NCBI GenBank assembly: GCA_965242925.1
Contig: CBDEUM010000042.1
Coordinates: 1-64,000, forward strand
Source: Roseibacillus sp.
Lineage (GTDB): Bacteria; Verrucomicrobiota; Verrucomicrobiia; Verrucomicrobiales; Akkermansiaceae
Reading direction: 5' to 3'
DNA: 64,000 nt
Under the pieces are notes generated by a model. That model made no database searches and had not been told where the DNA came from. It saw only the letters and a program-made list of their open reading frames with translations. The translations under genes and the position numbers were made by a program. Position 1 is the stretch's first letter, and every line of letters begins with the position of its first letter. Below, piece after piece: positions 28,916 to 39,267 of the stretch.

Positions 28916-29938
28916 TTATCGCTGATACAGCGGGACGTACTGGTAGGGCATGGCCAGGATCATGACATTGATCGCCGTCTCATAGGTAGGTCCCACCGAG
29001 GTGTTCTCGAACCAGAGCGAGGTTTCGCCATCGTTGTGCACACGGGAAAGGAGGACTCCCTTGATCTTCGTATACCAGTTCCGCCACGTTTCCCCGCCAA
29101 TCATGTACTGGGCCGGAGCAGCGTAAAAGTTGCCATAGGTGAACCACCTCTGCCGCTCCCCAAAGTTTTCAAAGAGATACTTCGACCCCTCCCTGACCAG
29201 GGGATCATCGTAGTGCCCGCAAACTTGCAGCGAGTAGATGGCGGCAGCCGTCCGGGCAAAGCCCGGTTCGCTTCCCGGTTGATAGGAAAAGCCCCCCTTC
29301 CCCTTATTATAACAACTCCGCACGTACTTCACCGCGTCATCGATGGTGGTCTGCGGCACTTTCAATCCCCCGTTTTTTGCCGCCCGCAGGGCCACCACCT
29401 GCAGGACCGTGACCGAAATGTCCGCGTCCGTGGCCGTGGGCTTGTAGCGCCAGCCGCCATTCTCGTTCTGGCTCGAAACGATGATCTTCACCAGTCGCTC
29501 CAGCTTGGACCGGATCGACGGGTTGCTGGTCTGTCCGTAGAGTTCCGCCAGAGCGATGGTGGAGATCCCGTGGAAGTACATGTACTGTCCGTTGTCCTTG
29601 TCCCCGATCAGGCCCTCGGGGGAAACGGAGTCGAGGAGATACTGCACCCCCAACGTCACCTCCCGGCCATACTCGCCCTCTCCCGGCAAATGCCCGGAGG
29701 CTTGGAAAGCCATGAGCGCATAGGCCGTCATGGCAATGGGATAGTGCCGCTCCTTTTCGTTGCGTCCCTGCCAGGACCCGTTTGGCGACTGATATTTAGC
29801 GAGGTACTTGAGCCCGCGATTGATGATCCGTTCGGTCTCGGCATCCACCTTCACTGCGCTCTCCGTCTGTGCACGTGCCAAACCTGGCACAACGGCCGGA
29901 ACAAAAACAAACAACAGAAGCAGGACGCGCATCGGCAT
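28916..29938 (-). CDS. Prenyltransferase/squalene oxidase repeat protein
   Basis: GLKYLAKYQSPNGSW, QNENGGWRY, DADISVTVLQVVALRAA, GGFSY. Confidence 0.88.
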   Translation of the reverse strand: MPMRVLLLLFVFVPAVVPGLARAQTESAVKVDAETERIINRGLKYLAKYQSPNGSWQGRNEKERHYPIAMTAYALMAFQASGHLPGEGEYGREVTLGVQYLLDSVSPEGLIGDKDNGQYMYFHGISTIALAELYGQTSNPSIRSKLERLVKIIVSSQNENGGWRYKPTATDADISVTVLQVVALRAAKNGGLKVPQTTIDDAVKYVRSCYNKGKGGFSYQPGSEPGFARTAAAIYSLQVCGHYDDPLVREGSKYLFENFGERQRWFTYGNFYAAPAQYMIGGETWRNWYTKIKGVLLSRVHNDGETSLWFENTSVGPTYETAINVMILAMPYQYVPLYQR

Positions 29939-29955
29939 GATTCCGCAAGAGATCG

Positions 29956-32900
29956 TTACTTCTCCCCGGGAGAATCCGCGAGGTTCTTCATGTACTGCTC
30001 AATCATCCGGCCATACTCAGGGGAGTAACGTTCCCCCTGTGACTGCCGCAACGCTCCCCGCGCTCTCTCCGGCAGTCCAATATGCTTGCTCCCCCCTGAA
30101 CGCTTCCGCCGCGGACCATCTGCCCCACCTTTCCCGGTCCAGTTTCCCTCGTTGCCCTCCCCTTTCCCTTTTTCCTGTCCCTGTCCCTGTCCTTCACCCT
30201 GTCCCTGTCCTTCACCCTGTCCCTGTCCTTCACCCTGTCCCTGTCCTTCACCCTGTCCCTGTCCTTCACCCTGTCCCTGTCCTTCACCCTGCCCCTGTCC
30301 TTCACCCTGCCCCTGTCCTTCACCCTGCCCCTGTCCTTCACCTGGACTTAACCCGGCCTGGGCCAGTGAAAGCGCCGCGGCGGCTTGTGAAAGGGATGCC
30401 TGCGCGGCCTGTGATTCCGACTGGGAATTGGAGGGATTACCAGCATTGGCCTGCGCCGCCGCATCGGCCAAGGATTGCTGGGCGGACTGCAGGGCGGATT
30501 GAGCTCCCAGGGGCAACGACCCCTGCGACCCGGAAGCCAGTGGACTGACCTCACTGTTCGCAGCCTGCAAGGGACTGGCTGCTGGCTGCGTGCCGGCGCC
30601 CAGGGCTTCCGCCAATTCCTGAATTTCACCCTGCTCCCGGGCCTGGCCGGCCGTACCTTGCTCCCCACCAAGGGCCTCCCCGGCCTTCTGCATCTCGCCG
30701 ATCGCCCCCGCCAGGTTGCCCTCTCCCAGTTGCTGGGCGGCCTGGGCGGCAGCCGGTTGCGCCTGGCCGGCCGCTTCCGCCGTGGCAGGGCTGCCGGATT
30801 CCTGCGCCGCTTGCTGCAGCGCCTCGGCAAGTGCTTCCTGCCTGGCTTGAAGTTCCTGGAGTGCTCCCGCGTTCGACTCCAGTTGGGCCAGCGCCTCCGA
30901 AACGTGCTCCTGCGCTTCCTCTATTGCCGCCAGCGCCTCTTCCAGCGAAGCCCGGTCCGATCCCGGGGCTTCGCCGAGCTCTTTCTGCAGCTCTGCGATC
31001 TTCTCGTCGAGCTTCTCCCGTGCGGCCTGCAACGACTCCAGCGCTTTGCCCTGCTGGGGCTGGGCGTCCAACGGATTGGTCTGCTCGAGGTTACCCTGTG
31101 CCGCCTCCATCGCTTCTGCGGCCTGGCCAAGGTCCTGGGCCGCCTCGGGCGCCGGACTTTGCGCCTCGTTCTGCAGCTGGTTGGTCTGCTCTCCAAGTTG
31201 ATCCTGACGCTCGGCCAATTTGTCCGATGTCGCTTCCGCAGGCTCGGCCACTTCATCAATGGTGTCTTTCTGGACCTGCTGCTGGCCGGCAATGACCTCA
31301 TCGAGCTTCTCCCGGATCTCCTGTAGAGCCTCCAGATCTTCCCTGGCCTGTTCCAACGCCTCAATCTGCTCCTGCAACTGTTCCTCCGCCTGATCGAGTG
31401 CATCGAGAGCGGCCTGCTGGGCCAGGGGCTCATTCTCCCCCTTCGCCAGAGCCTGCTGTGAAGCTTCCATCTGCTCGGCCGCCTCCCCGATAGATCGCGC
31501 TGCTTCCGGAGCAGGCGACTGGGCCTCCCGTGCAACCTTCCCAGCCTGCTCCTGCAGGTCCTCCTGTGCTGCAGCCTGCTCCTCTTTCAGTTGATTCGTG
31601 TCCCCCGCCTGCTCCGCCTGGGCGCTCTCCGCCTTGATCGTCTTCTCTCCCTCCTTGAGGTCATGGACCTTCTCCAGGAGTTCCTTGAGGTGCTCGAGCT
31701 TGTCGAGGGGAACCTCCTCCACGAATTCTGCCTCCTCGATCTCCGCAAGCAATTCCTCCCGGGCTTTCTCCAGGGCGGCCAGGGCTGCCTTCTCGGGCGG
31801 CAGGGCCGCTTCCTTGCGCGCCTCCGGCGGAGCGCTTCGTCCCAGCGCAACCCGGGCTTCCTGCATCGGCGCAATTGAATCGGACAGAGCATCTGCCACC
31901 CCGGGAACTAGTTCGGAAAGCTCCTGGCGCAGAAAATCCGTGCGGTCCACCAACTCCGCCTGGTTCCGCTGCAACCGCTCCGCTCGGCGCTCATCGCTAA
32001 CCTCCGGCCCGTCCAGCCCCATCCGTTCACGAGCTCTCTCAACCTCCTTCTCCAGACGGCGCTGCACATTCTCAATCAAGTTCGTGATCGGTAACTGCTG
32101 CTCGGGACGGGCGTGTTCCAGGCGCCGCTCCAGGTCGGAGAGCTGTTTCTCCAGGACCTGGACCCGTTCGTTCTTGAGGACCAGTTCCTCTGCCTCGGCC
32201 CGCTCCCGGTTATCCAGATCCCCGGTATTCTCGATGACGTCCTTCTCCCCCCGGATCAGTTCGTCAAGTTTCTCCAGACCGTCGAGGAGCCTGTCGAGCG
32301 GATCGCGATCCGGTTGCAGGATCATGACCAGGCGCCACAGGGTATCGCGCGCGCTCTTCTGGTAGCCGGCCGCGCTCATCAGCCGATCGCTCTTTAGATC
32401 CAGAAACGCCGATTGCAGGGCCGTCGTCAGCTTGTGCTCCGCCACGAAGGCAAGAGCGTCCCCGGGACGGTTCTCCAGCGAGCCCTCGAAGGACTTCTGC
32501 ATGTTCGTCAATGCGGAAAGAACCAGGTTGACCTCCTTCTGCAGGGCTTCCTGTTCCGTTTCCTGCAGGCGCCGCGAAATCGCAAAGTCATTCTGTCGGC
32601 GAGCCGCCGAAGGCTTCCGCGATGCCATGATCAGTGCCACCGTTTCGTGCAGGTTGCTCGATTGGCGATCCCCGAGTGCCTCCACCCGCTCGGCGAGTTG
32701 GTAGAGCGCGAGCTGACGCTGGTACTCCAGAAGGACCTGGCGCATCTGATAGGAGGCTGACTTCTGACCGGCATAGGCATTGAGGGCCTCGGCTCTCCTG
32801 CCAGTCCTGTCCTCCCCGGTGCGGGCGGCCTTGAGCTGGCTGACGATCTCCGGCATGAGTTCACCGGAGACATTGCCCATGACCTTCTGAATGCCCTCCA

Positions 32901-33114
32901 GGATTTCCACGTCGGTGCCTTCCAGCCCGTTGCGCCCGAACTCATCCACCAGTTCCGCGAGCAGGGCTGCGCTATCCGTGGTCGAGTTGCCGATGCGTTG
33001 CTGGCCCTGCTCCTGCCTAAGGAGGGAGGTCTCCGCCAGGACGGCACAGGGAACGAGGAAAACGCAGAACCCCGCGATTACTCGTCTGCTCCATTTGAAA
33101 ATCTTGGTCTCCAT
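29956..33114 (-). CDS. Large Glu/Gln/Ala-rich coiled-coil protein (DUF4175-like) with GEGQGQ-repeat tail
   Basis: Signal/TM at start, long heptad-rich helical body, C-terminal LPERAR...YSPEYGRMIEQYMKNL; GGAGG upstream of ATG 33114. Confidence 0.8.
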   Translation of the reverse strand: METKIFKWSRRVIAGFCVFLVPCAVLAETSLLRQEQGQQRIGNSTTDSAALLAELVDEFGRNGLEGTDVEILEGIQKVMGNVSGELMPEIVSQLKAARTGEDRTGRRAEALNAYAGQKSASYQMRQVLLEYQRQLALYQLAERVEALGDRQSSNLHETVALIMASRKPSAARRQNDFAISRRLQETEQEALQKEVNLVLSALTNMQKSFEGSLENRPGDALAFVAEHKLTTALQSAFLDLKSDRLMSAAGYQKSARDTLWRLVMILQPDRDPLDRLLDGLEKLDELIRGEKDVIENTGDLDNRERAEAEELVLKNERVQVLEKQLSDLERRLEHARPEQQLPITNLIENVQRRLEKEVERARERMGLDGPEVSDERRAERLQRNQAELVDRTDFLRQELSELVPGVADALSDSIAPMQEARVALGRSAPPEARKEAALPPEKAALAALEKAREELLAEIEEAEFVEEVPLDKLEHLKELLEKVHDLKEGEKTIKAESAQAEQAGDTNQLKEEQAAAQEDLQEQAGKVAREAQSPAPEAARSIGEAAEQMEASQQALAKGENEPLAQQAALDALDQAEEQLQEQIEALEQAREDLEALQEIREKLDEVIAGQQQVQKDTIDEVAEPAEATSDKLAERQDQLGEQTNQLQNEAQSPAPEAAQDLGQAAEAMEAAQGNLEQTNPLDAQPQQGKALESLQAAREKLDEKIAELQKELGEAPGSDRASLEEALAAIEEAQEHVSEALAQLESNAGALQELQARQEALAEALQQAAQESGSPATAEAAGQAQPAAAQAAQQLGEGNLAGAIGEMQKAGEALGGEQGTAGQAREQGEIQELAEALGAGTQPAASPLQAANSEVSPLASGSQGSLPLGAQSALQSAQQSLADAAAQANAGNPSNSQSESQAAQASLSQAAAALSLAQAGLSPGEGQGQGEGQGQGEGQGQGEGQGQGEGQGQGEGQGQGEGQGQGEGQGQGEGQGQGQEKGKGEGNEGNWTGKGGADGPRRKRSGGSKHIGLPERARGALRQSQGERYSPEYGRMIEQYMKNLADSPGEK
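30179..30340 (-). repeat. 18-bp tandem repeat x9 encoding (GEGQGQ)n
   Basis: On + strand: CCCTGTCCCTGTCCTTCA x6 then CCCTGCCCCTGTCCTTCA x3. Confidence 0.97.
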
Positions 33115-33130
33115 TCTTCTGGCGTCCTCC

Positions 33131-34852
33131 CTATTCCTTTCTGTTGTCCCCGGAGGCCTCTGGATTCGCCGGGGTACGCTGGGCGCGAATCCACTCGGCG
33201 AGGGCGGCATTGAGGCGTTCCTGGTCATCGGTAGCTCGATCGATCCGCCCAAGCGAATCACCCACCCGGCTTAGCAGATCTTCGCGCTTTTCGCGAGGGG
33301 TAACAACCCTGAGAATCCGGGCAGCACTCTTTCCCTGTTCCGTCGTGTCATTCTGGTCATCGGCCTCGATCCAGAATTCAAGTTCATCGCCCACTTGAAG
33401 AGGCGGTTCAATCTGACCCAGCTCCCACTCGAAGAGTTCGGCCACCTTTCTGGCACCCCGCTCAGCAATGGGCAGGTCCAGGGCTCCCCCCTCGCCCTCC
33501 GCACCAACTTTGTAAGCCAGGACCAGTTTCTCGATCCCAAACCGGTCTTCCGCTTCGTAGCCCACCAGGACCCGGGCCCGGGCCGTGACAAGTTCACGCT
33601 GGCGCGATGGCTTCACAATCCGCACCTTGGGAGGTTCATCACTGAGAACATCAACCCGGTAGACCGTTGCGTCCCGTGAAGCCATCTCCTCGGCATCCAG
33701 AAGTTCAACCGTGAATCCATTCAACCCCGCTTCCACCTCTACCACGGCATGGAGGACGCGAGGGTCCTGCCGGTCCACGGTTGCCTCCACCGCATTCTTC
33801 CCTCCAGCTCCCAGCAGGCGCACCGTCCCCCGCTTGAGCGGTTGACCGGCGGTAACCCTGAGGGAGAGCTCACTGGAGGGATAGAGAAGAAACTCGCCGG
33901 GCCGATGAGTGCTGGGCGGCAGTCTCATGTAAGCGGGATAATTCTGTATCCCCACCAGTTCCTCCACGGATGGTCGCGGAAAGGCGTGCACCGACTCCCG
34001 CCTGCTTCGCCCGTCGTTGATCACGACCTGGAAGGTGAAGGATTCCTGCACGTTCTCCAGAGTGGCCGCATAGCGGTTCTCCCCGCCGCCTCGCTCCATG
34101 CGAACCTTTTGCCGACGACCAGATGCATAGCGGATCCGAAGCAATCCCTCCTCCGGTTCATCCCCCTCCACCCGGGCTTCCACCTTCACGCTGTCACCAA
34201 TCCCGATCCTGAGATCCCGCGAAGTCCAGACCACCCGTGTGGCGCGCGGAACGGGCAAATCGGAAAGGAAGGCCCGCTTCAGCAGATCCTCCGTGATCGT
34301 TCCCCCGGCATAGTAGCCTCCACTCGCCAGACCCACCAGGAGCAGCAGGACCAGGAGGGCGCGTTTCAACGACCGGGTACTCACCACCTCGGTGAGTCTC
34401 ATTGGCCTGGCGAAGTCTTCGGTCTCTTCCACCATGCGCTCCACCATGTCCCGGGCTCCCTCCCCCGGCACGGTTGCCTTGCCCCGGGCAAACTGGACCG
34501 AGGCAATGAGGCGGCTCCGGAAACCCGGTTCGCTTTCCTCCACCATGAGGGCCAGGGTCTCCTCGTCCCGCTGCTGCGTCGACAGTGCTGCCAGGGCCCG
34601 GAGAAGCAACCCCGCCGCCAGAACTCCCAGGCCGATGAGCACTCCCGTTCGCACGTCGAGAGGGAGATCCACCACCCAGTCCACCGCCAGGAACAGACCA
34701 AGTCCCAGAAGGGTTCCGCTGATCGCCACCGCCATCCGCCGCCCGAATTCCACCCGCACCAGCTTCCAGCGCACCGCCGCCAGCTTCCGGCGGATTTTGG
34801 CCCCCAGCTCGTCGGGGAGAGCAGTCGATGATGATGACGGCGGATCGCTCAT
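33131..34852 (-). CDS. Membrane protein with Ig-like domains (DUF4175-like N-terminal type)
   Basis: Three TM segments, P...SRLIASVQF, YPAYM, DEPPKV, AEDRFG, WIEADD motifs of MoxR-operon proteins. Confidence 0.75.
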   Translation of the reverse strand: MSDPPSSSSTALPDELGAKIRRKLAAVRWKLVRVEFGRRMAVAISGTLLGLGLFLAVDWVVDLPLDVRTGVLIGLGVLAAGLLLRALAALSTQQRDEETLALMVEESEPGFRSRLIASVQFARGKATVPGEGARDMVERMVEETEDFARPMRLTEVVSTRSLKRALLVLLLLVGLASGGYYAGGTITEDLLKRAFLSDLPVPRATRVVWTSRDLRIGIGDSVKVEARVEGDEPEEGLLRIRYASGRRQKVRMERGGGENRYAATLENVQESFTFQVVINDGRSRRESVHAFPRPSVEELVGIQNYPAYMRLPPSTHRPGEFLLYPSSELSLRVTAGQPLKRGTVRLLGAGGKNAVEATVDRQDPRVLHAVVEVEAGLNGFTVELLDAEEMASRDATVYRVDVLSDEPPKVRIVKPSRQRELVTARARVLVGYEAEDRFGIEKLVLAYKVGAEGEGGALDLPIAERGARKVAELFEWELGQIEPPLQVGDELEFWIEADDQNDTTEQGKSAARILRVVTPREKREDLLSRVGDSLGRIDRATDDQERLNAALAEWIRAQRTPANPEASGDNRKE

Positions 34853-37138
34853 TTACTTCAATTCGGAAACCTTGCGGACAATCCATTCGATCGTGATGAA
34901 CAGGATGAGAAGTCCAAAGAACAGGGGAGAAGACCAGAGGTCTACTTCCTTGAAACTGGTAAGGCGGGCCGTGCGCCTGGTGAGGGCCGCTGGTAACTCG
35001 TCAAGTTGAGCAAGCGGCAGGTAGGCTCCACCGGTCTGCCTGGCCAGATCGCGAAGGAGTGGCTCGTTCAACGCCGCCCGGGCATACTCCCGGTTATCGT
35101 CAATTACCGTGTAGTCGAGGGTTGCGACCCTGTCTCCGGGCAGGGCCAGACGGTAGTTGCCGGGAGGGCCCGCGGCCAACTCGGCCCGATAGATCCCGGG
35201 CTGGCCCGGGACGGCGCGCAGGATCACCTCCTGGCGCCGGTCCGAATTATCCCCCACCGCCAGCACGGCCTGAACCACTTCCTCCTCCCGGGGCTCCCAG
35301 CTGGCGGTAAAGAGCCGCGCGTAAATCCTGACCCGGTCGCCCTGCCGGAAACGCCGGCCATTGGCTTTCAGATTCACCCGGGGCGCTTCGGTGAGAAGCC
35401 GGGCTCCCGCCATGCGCTGGATGATCTGCCCCCAGAGAATCGTATGGTAACGGTCCCCCACATTGCGACGGAAGCGCCAGAAATTGTCGGTCCCGACGAA
35501 GAGGACTTCTCCTGCCCCATAGCGATGCAGCGCCACCACCGGTGTGGTCCCCGACCCGGAAGCGGGATCGGGCCCGGTGAGCAGGACTTCTGCGGCCGGC
35601 TTTGCCCGCTCCACGCGTGCCGTCCAATAGATCGGCGGGAGGCGCCCCCAGAGCGCTTCGCTCACCCCGGAATCATCCCCAAGGCGCAACATCACACTTT
35701 CCCGGCCCGCCGGGGTGAGACTGAGCCGGAGAGGCCGCACCGCCGACGTCCTGGAGGACCCGATGGTTCTCCCCGCCAGTTCCACCGGAAGCAACTGCTC
35801 CAGTTCTGTCCGTCCGAACGCCGCAGGCATGAAGCGCTTGCCGGCAATCACGACCAGAGCCCCGCCCGCACTGGAGACATAGTCCCCCAGCAGGGAGAGT
35901 CGTCCCTCGGTGAGAAAGCGCGGATCTACGTCCCCCAGCAGGACGAGATCGAAATCGAAGAGGTCTTCCGCGCGCACCGGGAACTCCCCGAGGTACGGGC
36001 TTCCAGGCACGCGGGCGATCTCGCGGTCTCCCTCGAAGAGGAAACAGGATAGCTCCACCCGCTGTTCCCGCAACAACATCGCTTCCAGGTACTTGAACTC
36101 CCAGCGAGGCGCCTGGTCAAGGAGGAGAACCTTGAGTCGGCGGTCCACCACCCGCAGGGCAGCGCGCCCGGTGTTGTTTTCCGCCAGCACTTCCCCCGTG
36201 CCGTCAGCCTCGAATCTCGCTTCCAGGACGTATTCCCCCACCCGCTTGGGCACGAAAAGGGTGGCGATGTCCAGTGGACCGTCCTCCTCAATACTCACTT
36301 CCTCCTCCGCCACGTCCACTCCGCCCAGCGAGAAGATCACGCGACCGCTCCCTCCTTTCATTCCCTGCGTCCGCAACTTCACCGTCACAGGGACGGCATC
36401 GTCTGCCAGCAGAACCTCGCGCACCTCCACCCCTTCGATCGCGACATCGCGAGCCTCGAGATCGCCCACCCCGACGGCATAAACCGGAACTCCGGCTTCC
36501 TTCAATTCCTGCGCGACTGCTCCCAGCGGCATCCCGCTGTTCTGGCCCCCGTCGGTGATCATCACCAATCCGGCCAGGGAGGTTCCGCGGTAACGCTCCA
36601 TGGCCCTGCGGAAGGCATCTCCCAGCGCAGTCTTCTCCCCGGCTGGCGCAAGCGGGAGGGATGCCTCTTCCCGTTCCTGCAACGAATCAGCATCAAACGT
36701 GAGGCGAGGGACGTGCAGGTCCTTCTCCAGGGAATCGAGAAGCGACACGCCGGCCGGGGAGGAGAGGGCTTTCTCCACCTTCTGGAGCCTACTCATGCCA
36801 TCCCCGTCCTTGAACGCCATGCTTCCGGTCCGGTCGAGAAGGAGCGGCAGGGTTCGCGGGACTTCCCGTGCCAGGGTGAGGACAAGAACCGGTTGCAGCA
36901 GGATGGCGAGAAGAAGCGCAAGGAAGGTCAATCGAAGGGCCGTGAGAAGAACCCGACGCCCTCCCGGCAGCTCCTGGGGGCTCCTGCGGTAAAGCCACCA
37001 GCACAACACCGCCAGGATCACCATGAGCACGGCCGCTAGAAGGCCCCACTGCGCTGTCTCCCAGCGCAGGGACCACCCGGCAAGACCGTCCACATCGCCG
37101 ACCTCTACGCCGAGGGCCTTGAGAATCCAGTCGGTCAT
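34853..37138 (-). CDS. vWA + Ig-like + glutamine amidotransferase-like membrane protein
   Basis: LLLDRTGSM MIDAS-like, TALGDA, ITDGGQNSG, PRWEFKYL, FDLVLLGDVD, YGAGEV...WRFR, C-terminal TM EWIVRK. Confidence 0.8.
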   Translation of the reverse strand: MTDWILKALGVEVGDVDGLAGWSLRWETAQWGLLAAVLMVILAVLCWWLYRRSPQELPGGRRVLLTALRLTFLALLLAILLQPVLVLTLAREVPRTLPLLLDRTGSMAFKDGDGMSRLQKVEKALSSPAGVSLLDSLEKDLHVPRLTFDADSLQEREEASLPLAPAGEKTALGDAFRRAMERYRGTSLAGLVMITDGGQNSGMPLGAVAQELKEAGVPVYAVGVGDLEARDVAIEGVEVREVLLADDAVPVTVKLRTQGMKGGSGRVIFSLGGVDVAEEEVSIEEDGPLDIATLFVPKRVGEYVLEARFEADGTGEVLAENNTGRAALRVVDRRLKVLLLDQAPRWEFKYLEAMLLREQRVELSCFLFEGDREIARVPGSPYLGEFPVRAEDLFDFDLVLLGDVDPRFLTEGRLSLLGDYVSSAGGALVVIAGKRFMPAAFGRTELEQLLPVELAGRTIGSSRTSAVRPLRLSLTPAGRESVMLRLGDDSGVSEALWGRLPPIYWTARVERAKPAAEVLLTGPDPASGSGTTPVVALHRYGAGEVLFVGTDNFWRFRRNVGDRYHTILWGQIIQRMAGARLLTEAPRVNLKANGRRFRQGDRVRIYARLFTASWEPREEEVVQAVLAVGDNSDRRQEVILRAVPGQPGIYRAELAAGPPGNYRLALPGDRVATLDYTVIDDNREYARAALNEPLLRDLARQTGGAYLPLAQLDELPAALTRRTARLTSFKEVDLWSSPLFFGLLILFITIEWIVRKVSELK

Positions 37139-37163
37139 GGCGTTCCTTGTCTCCCCCTTTCCA

Positions 37164-39262
37164 TCATTTCGATCGGCTGAACCATTGCGCGAGGACGATT
37201 TCGATCGCGGCAAGGGCGATCACGACAAGGAGCAGCGGCCACCAGAGTTCTGATCCCTTGCGATGAGCGCCAAAGTCAGCCGCGCTGCTCCCCGCTCCCC
37301 ATCCGACTACCGTGGCTGAATCACCCAGGCGGGCCAGCTGTCCCGCCCCCAGGAGAGCGAGGCTTGACTCGCGCACGCTGGGACGCGCCGCGAACAGGAC
37401 CGGATCGGGCTGCCCCTCGATGGTGGCCTGGTAGGCTCCCCCCCGGTGTATCCGGTCAAACTCCAGGACCGAACTCCCCTCCGCATCAGACAACGTGGTC
37501 AGGCGGCCGAGCGCTTCCGGATCCCCGACTTCGTAGACCGTGGCCTCCCTGCCCGCAAGATCCGCATCGAGGCGATGCCGCAGGGCCTCCCCGACCTCGA
37601 TGTTCAGATTGCTCTCGCGGCTCTGCACGATGCCCCCGAGGAGCCGGTTGATGAAGGGCACGAAGACCGGCCGGATCGCAAAGTCGTTCCAGTCCAGATC
37701 CACCGTGCTGGTAAAAACGAAGACCTTGCCCAGCCCATGCTCGCTCTCCACCAGGGCGGGTTGCCCGTCATCGTAGCGCAGGACCAGGCGATGGTCCCGG
37801 TCCCCGGGTTCCAAGCCCAGCACCTGGCGAAACTTCACGCGGGCCAGGAGATCCCCGTCAAGACCGAGGGGGTTGGTCTCGGTCGGAATCATGATGCGGG
37901 GCCGGGGCGCCGCGTTCCCATCGCGGGAAACAAAGGAAACGGGGAGAAGCTGGTGCTTGCCGTGAAGCAGGGTGTTGTAGGATTCCGGCCGGAGGTTCGC
38001 GCCGGGAAACACCATCAACCCGCCACCGGCTTCCACGTAGCGCGCAAGGCGGTCCGCAAAGGGCAGGGGAACGTCGGCAACGTTGGCGAGAACGATTGCG
38101 TGGTAGCGATCCAGCACCTCTCCGGCCAGGTCCGACACCGAAACAACAGACGGCTTCACCGGATAACCGGACCGCATCTCTTCCGGGACCGGGGCCAGGG
38201 CGTGCCGAAGGAAGAAGGTTTCCGATTCACGGTCTTCCGTTCCGGGATCGCCATCAACCAGCAACACGCGCACATCATCCATGGCCTGCATCACCATTGT
38301 GCGCCGGTCATCAAAGGGAACGCCGTCATCCTCCAGGGCCACCGTCACCCGGTGGTAACTAGCACTGGGCAGGGTGGCATACAGCGTCGCGCTCTCACTG
38401 CCCCCGGGCTTCAGTTCCTCAATCATCCACGGCTCGCCCGCCGGTTGTCCGTCCACCAGGAGTTTCACCGGGACATTGAGCGCCGGAGAGGAGCCGTAGT
38501 TGGTAATGTCCACGTCGATCCGGAGGGTTCATTCACGGCGGGAAGTGCGGCCGCCGGGATAAGACGGCTGATCCCCAGATTGGCAGGAGCCGGCGTCCCG
38601 ACCATCACAAGGTGAACCCTGATTCCCGCGGAGATATCGCGCAGGCGGGCCTCCAGGATGGCGAAGGCGCCCCACTCCTCCGCATGTCCGTCGGTAATGA
38701 GGTACAGTTCCTTTTCCGCGGCAGCCTGTCCCTCGAGCGAGCGCACAGCCTCCTCAAGGGCGAGGAGGAGGTCCGCATGGCGGTCGGTCTGCGCTACCTC
38801 GTCGATGCGCGACGAGACCAGATTGTGGTCGTTGCTCGCTTCGTTGGGATGAAAGGCCCCCGAGATCACCACCGGGGACCCTCCAGGCAGACGATCGAGG
38901 ATCGCATGAGCAGCCTCACGCGCGAGATTGAGGCGGGTGCCCTCTCCTTCCCGCGATCCCATGCTGGCCGAGTTGTCCAGCACGATGGCGGCCGCAACCT
39001 TGGAACCCGGCATCCCGGATAAACCCTCCATCACCGGCCGCGCCATCAGGAGAGCGAGGAGGGCGACCAGGGCACAACGCAGGAAGAGCAGAATCCAGTC
39101 CTCCAGTTTCATACGCCGCTGGTTCTGCTCCACGCTGATCTTGAGGAAGCGCATGGCCGCCCAGGGCACCCGCCGGAAGCGCCGCCGGTTGAGAAAGTGG
39201 ATGATGATGGGCACCGAGATCGCCGCGATCCCCCACAACAATGCCTGGTTCAGGAAGTTCAT
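37164..39262 (-). pseudogene. BatA-domain / vWA / CARDB membrane protein split by a single-base deletion at about 38525
   Basis: MNFLNQ...PIIIHFLNRRR...WAAMRFL (BatA), VLDNSASM, ITDG. Adding one base restores EP(L)RIDVDITNYG and joins ORFs 38465-39355 and 37164-38513. Confidence 0.8.
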
Positions 39263-39267
39263 CGGGA

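Noticed and set aside
30003..30548. ORFs with (CPCPSP)n, (PVLHPV)n or (VKDRDR)n repeats, metallothionein-like at first sight
   Set aside because: Alternative-frame readings of the 18-bp repeat inside the coiled-coil gene.
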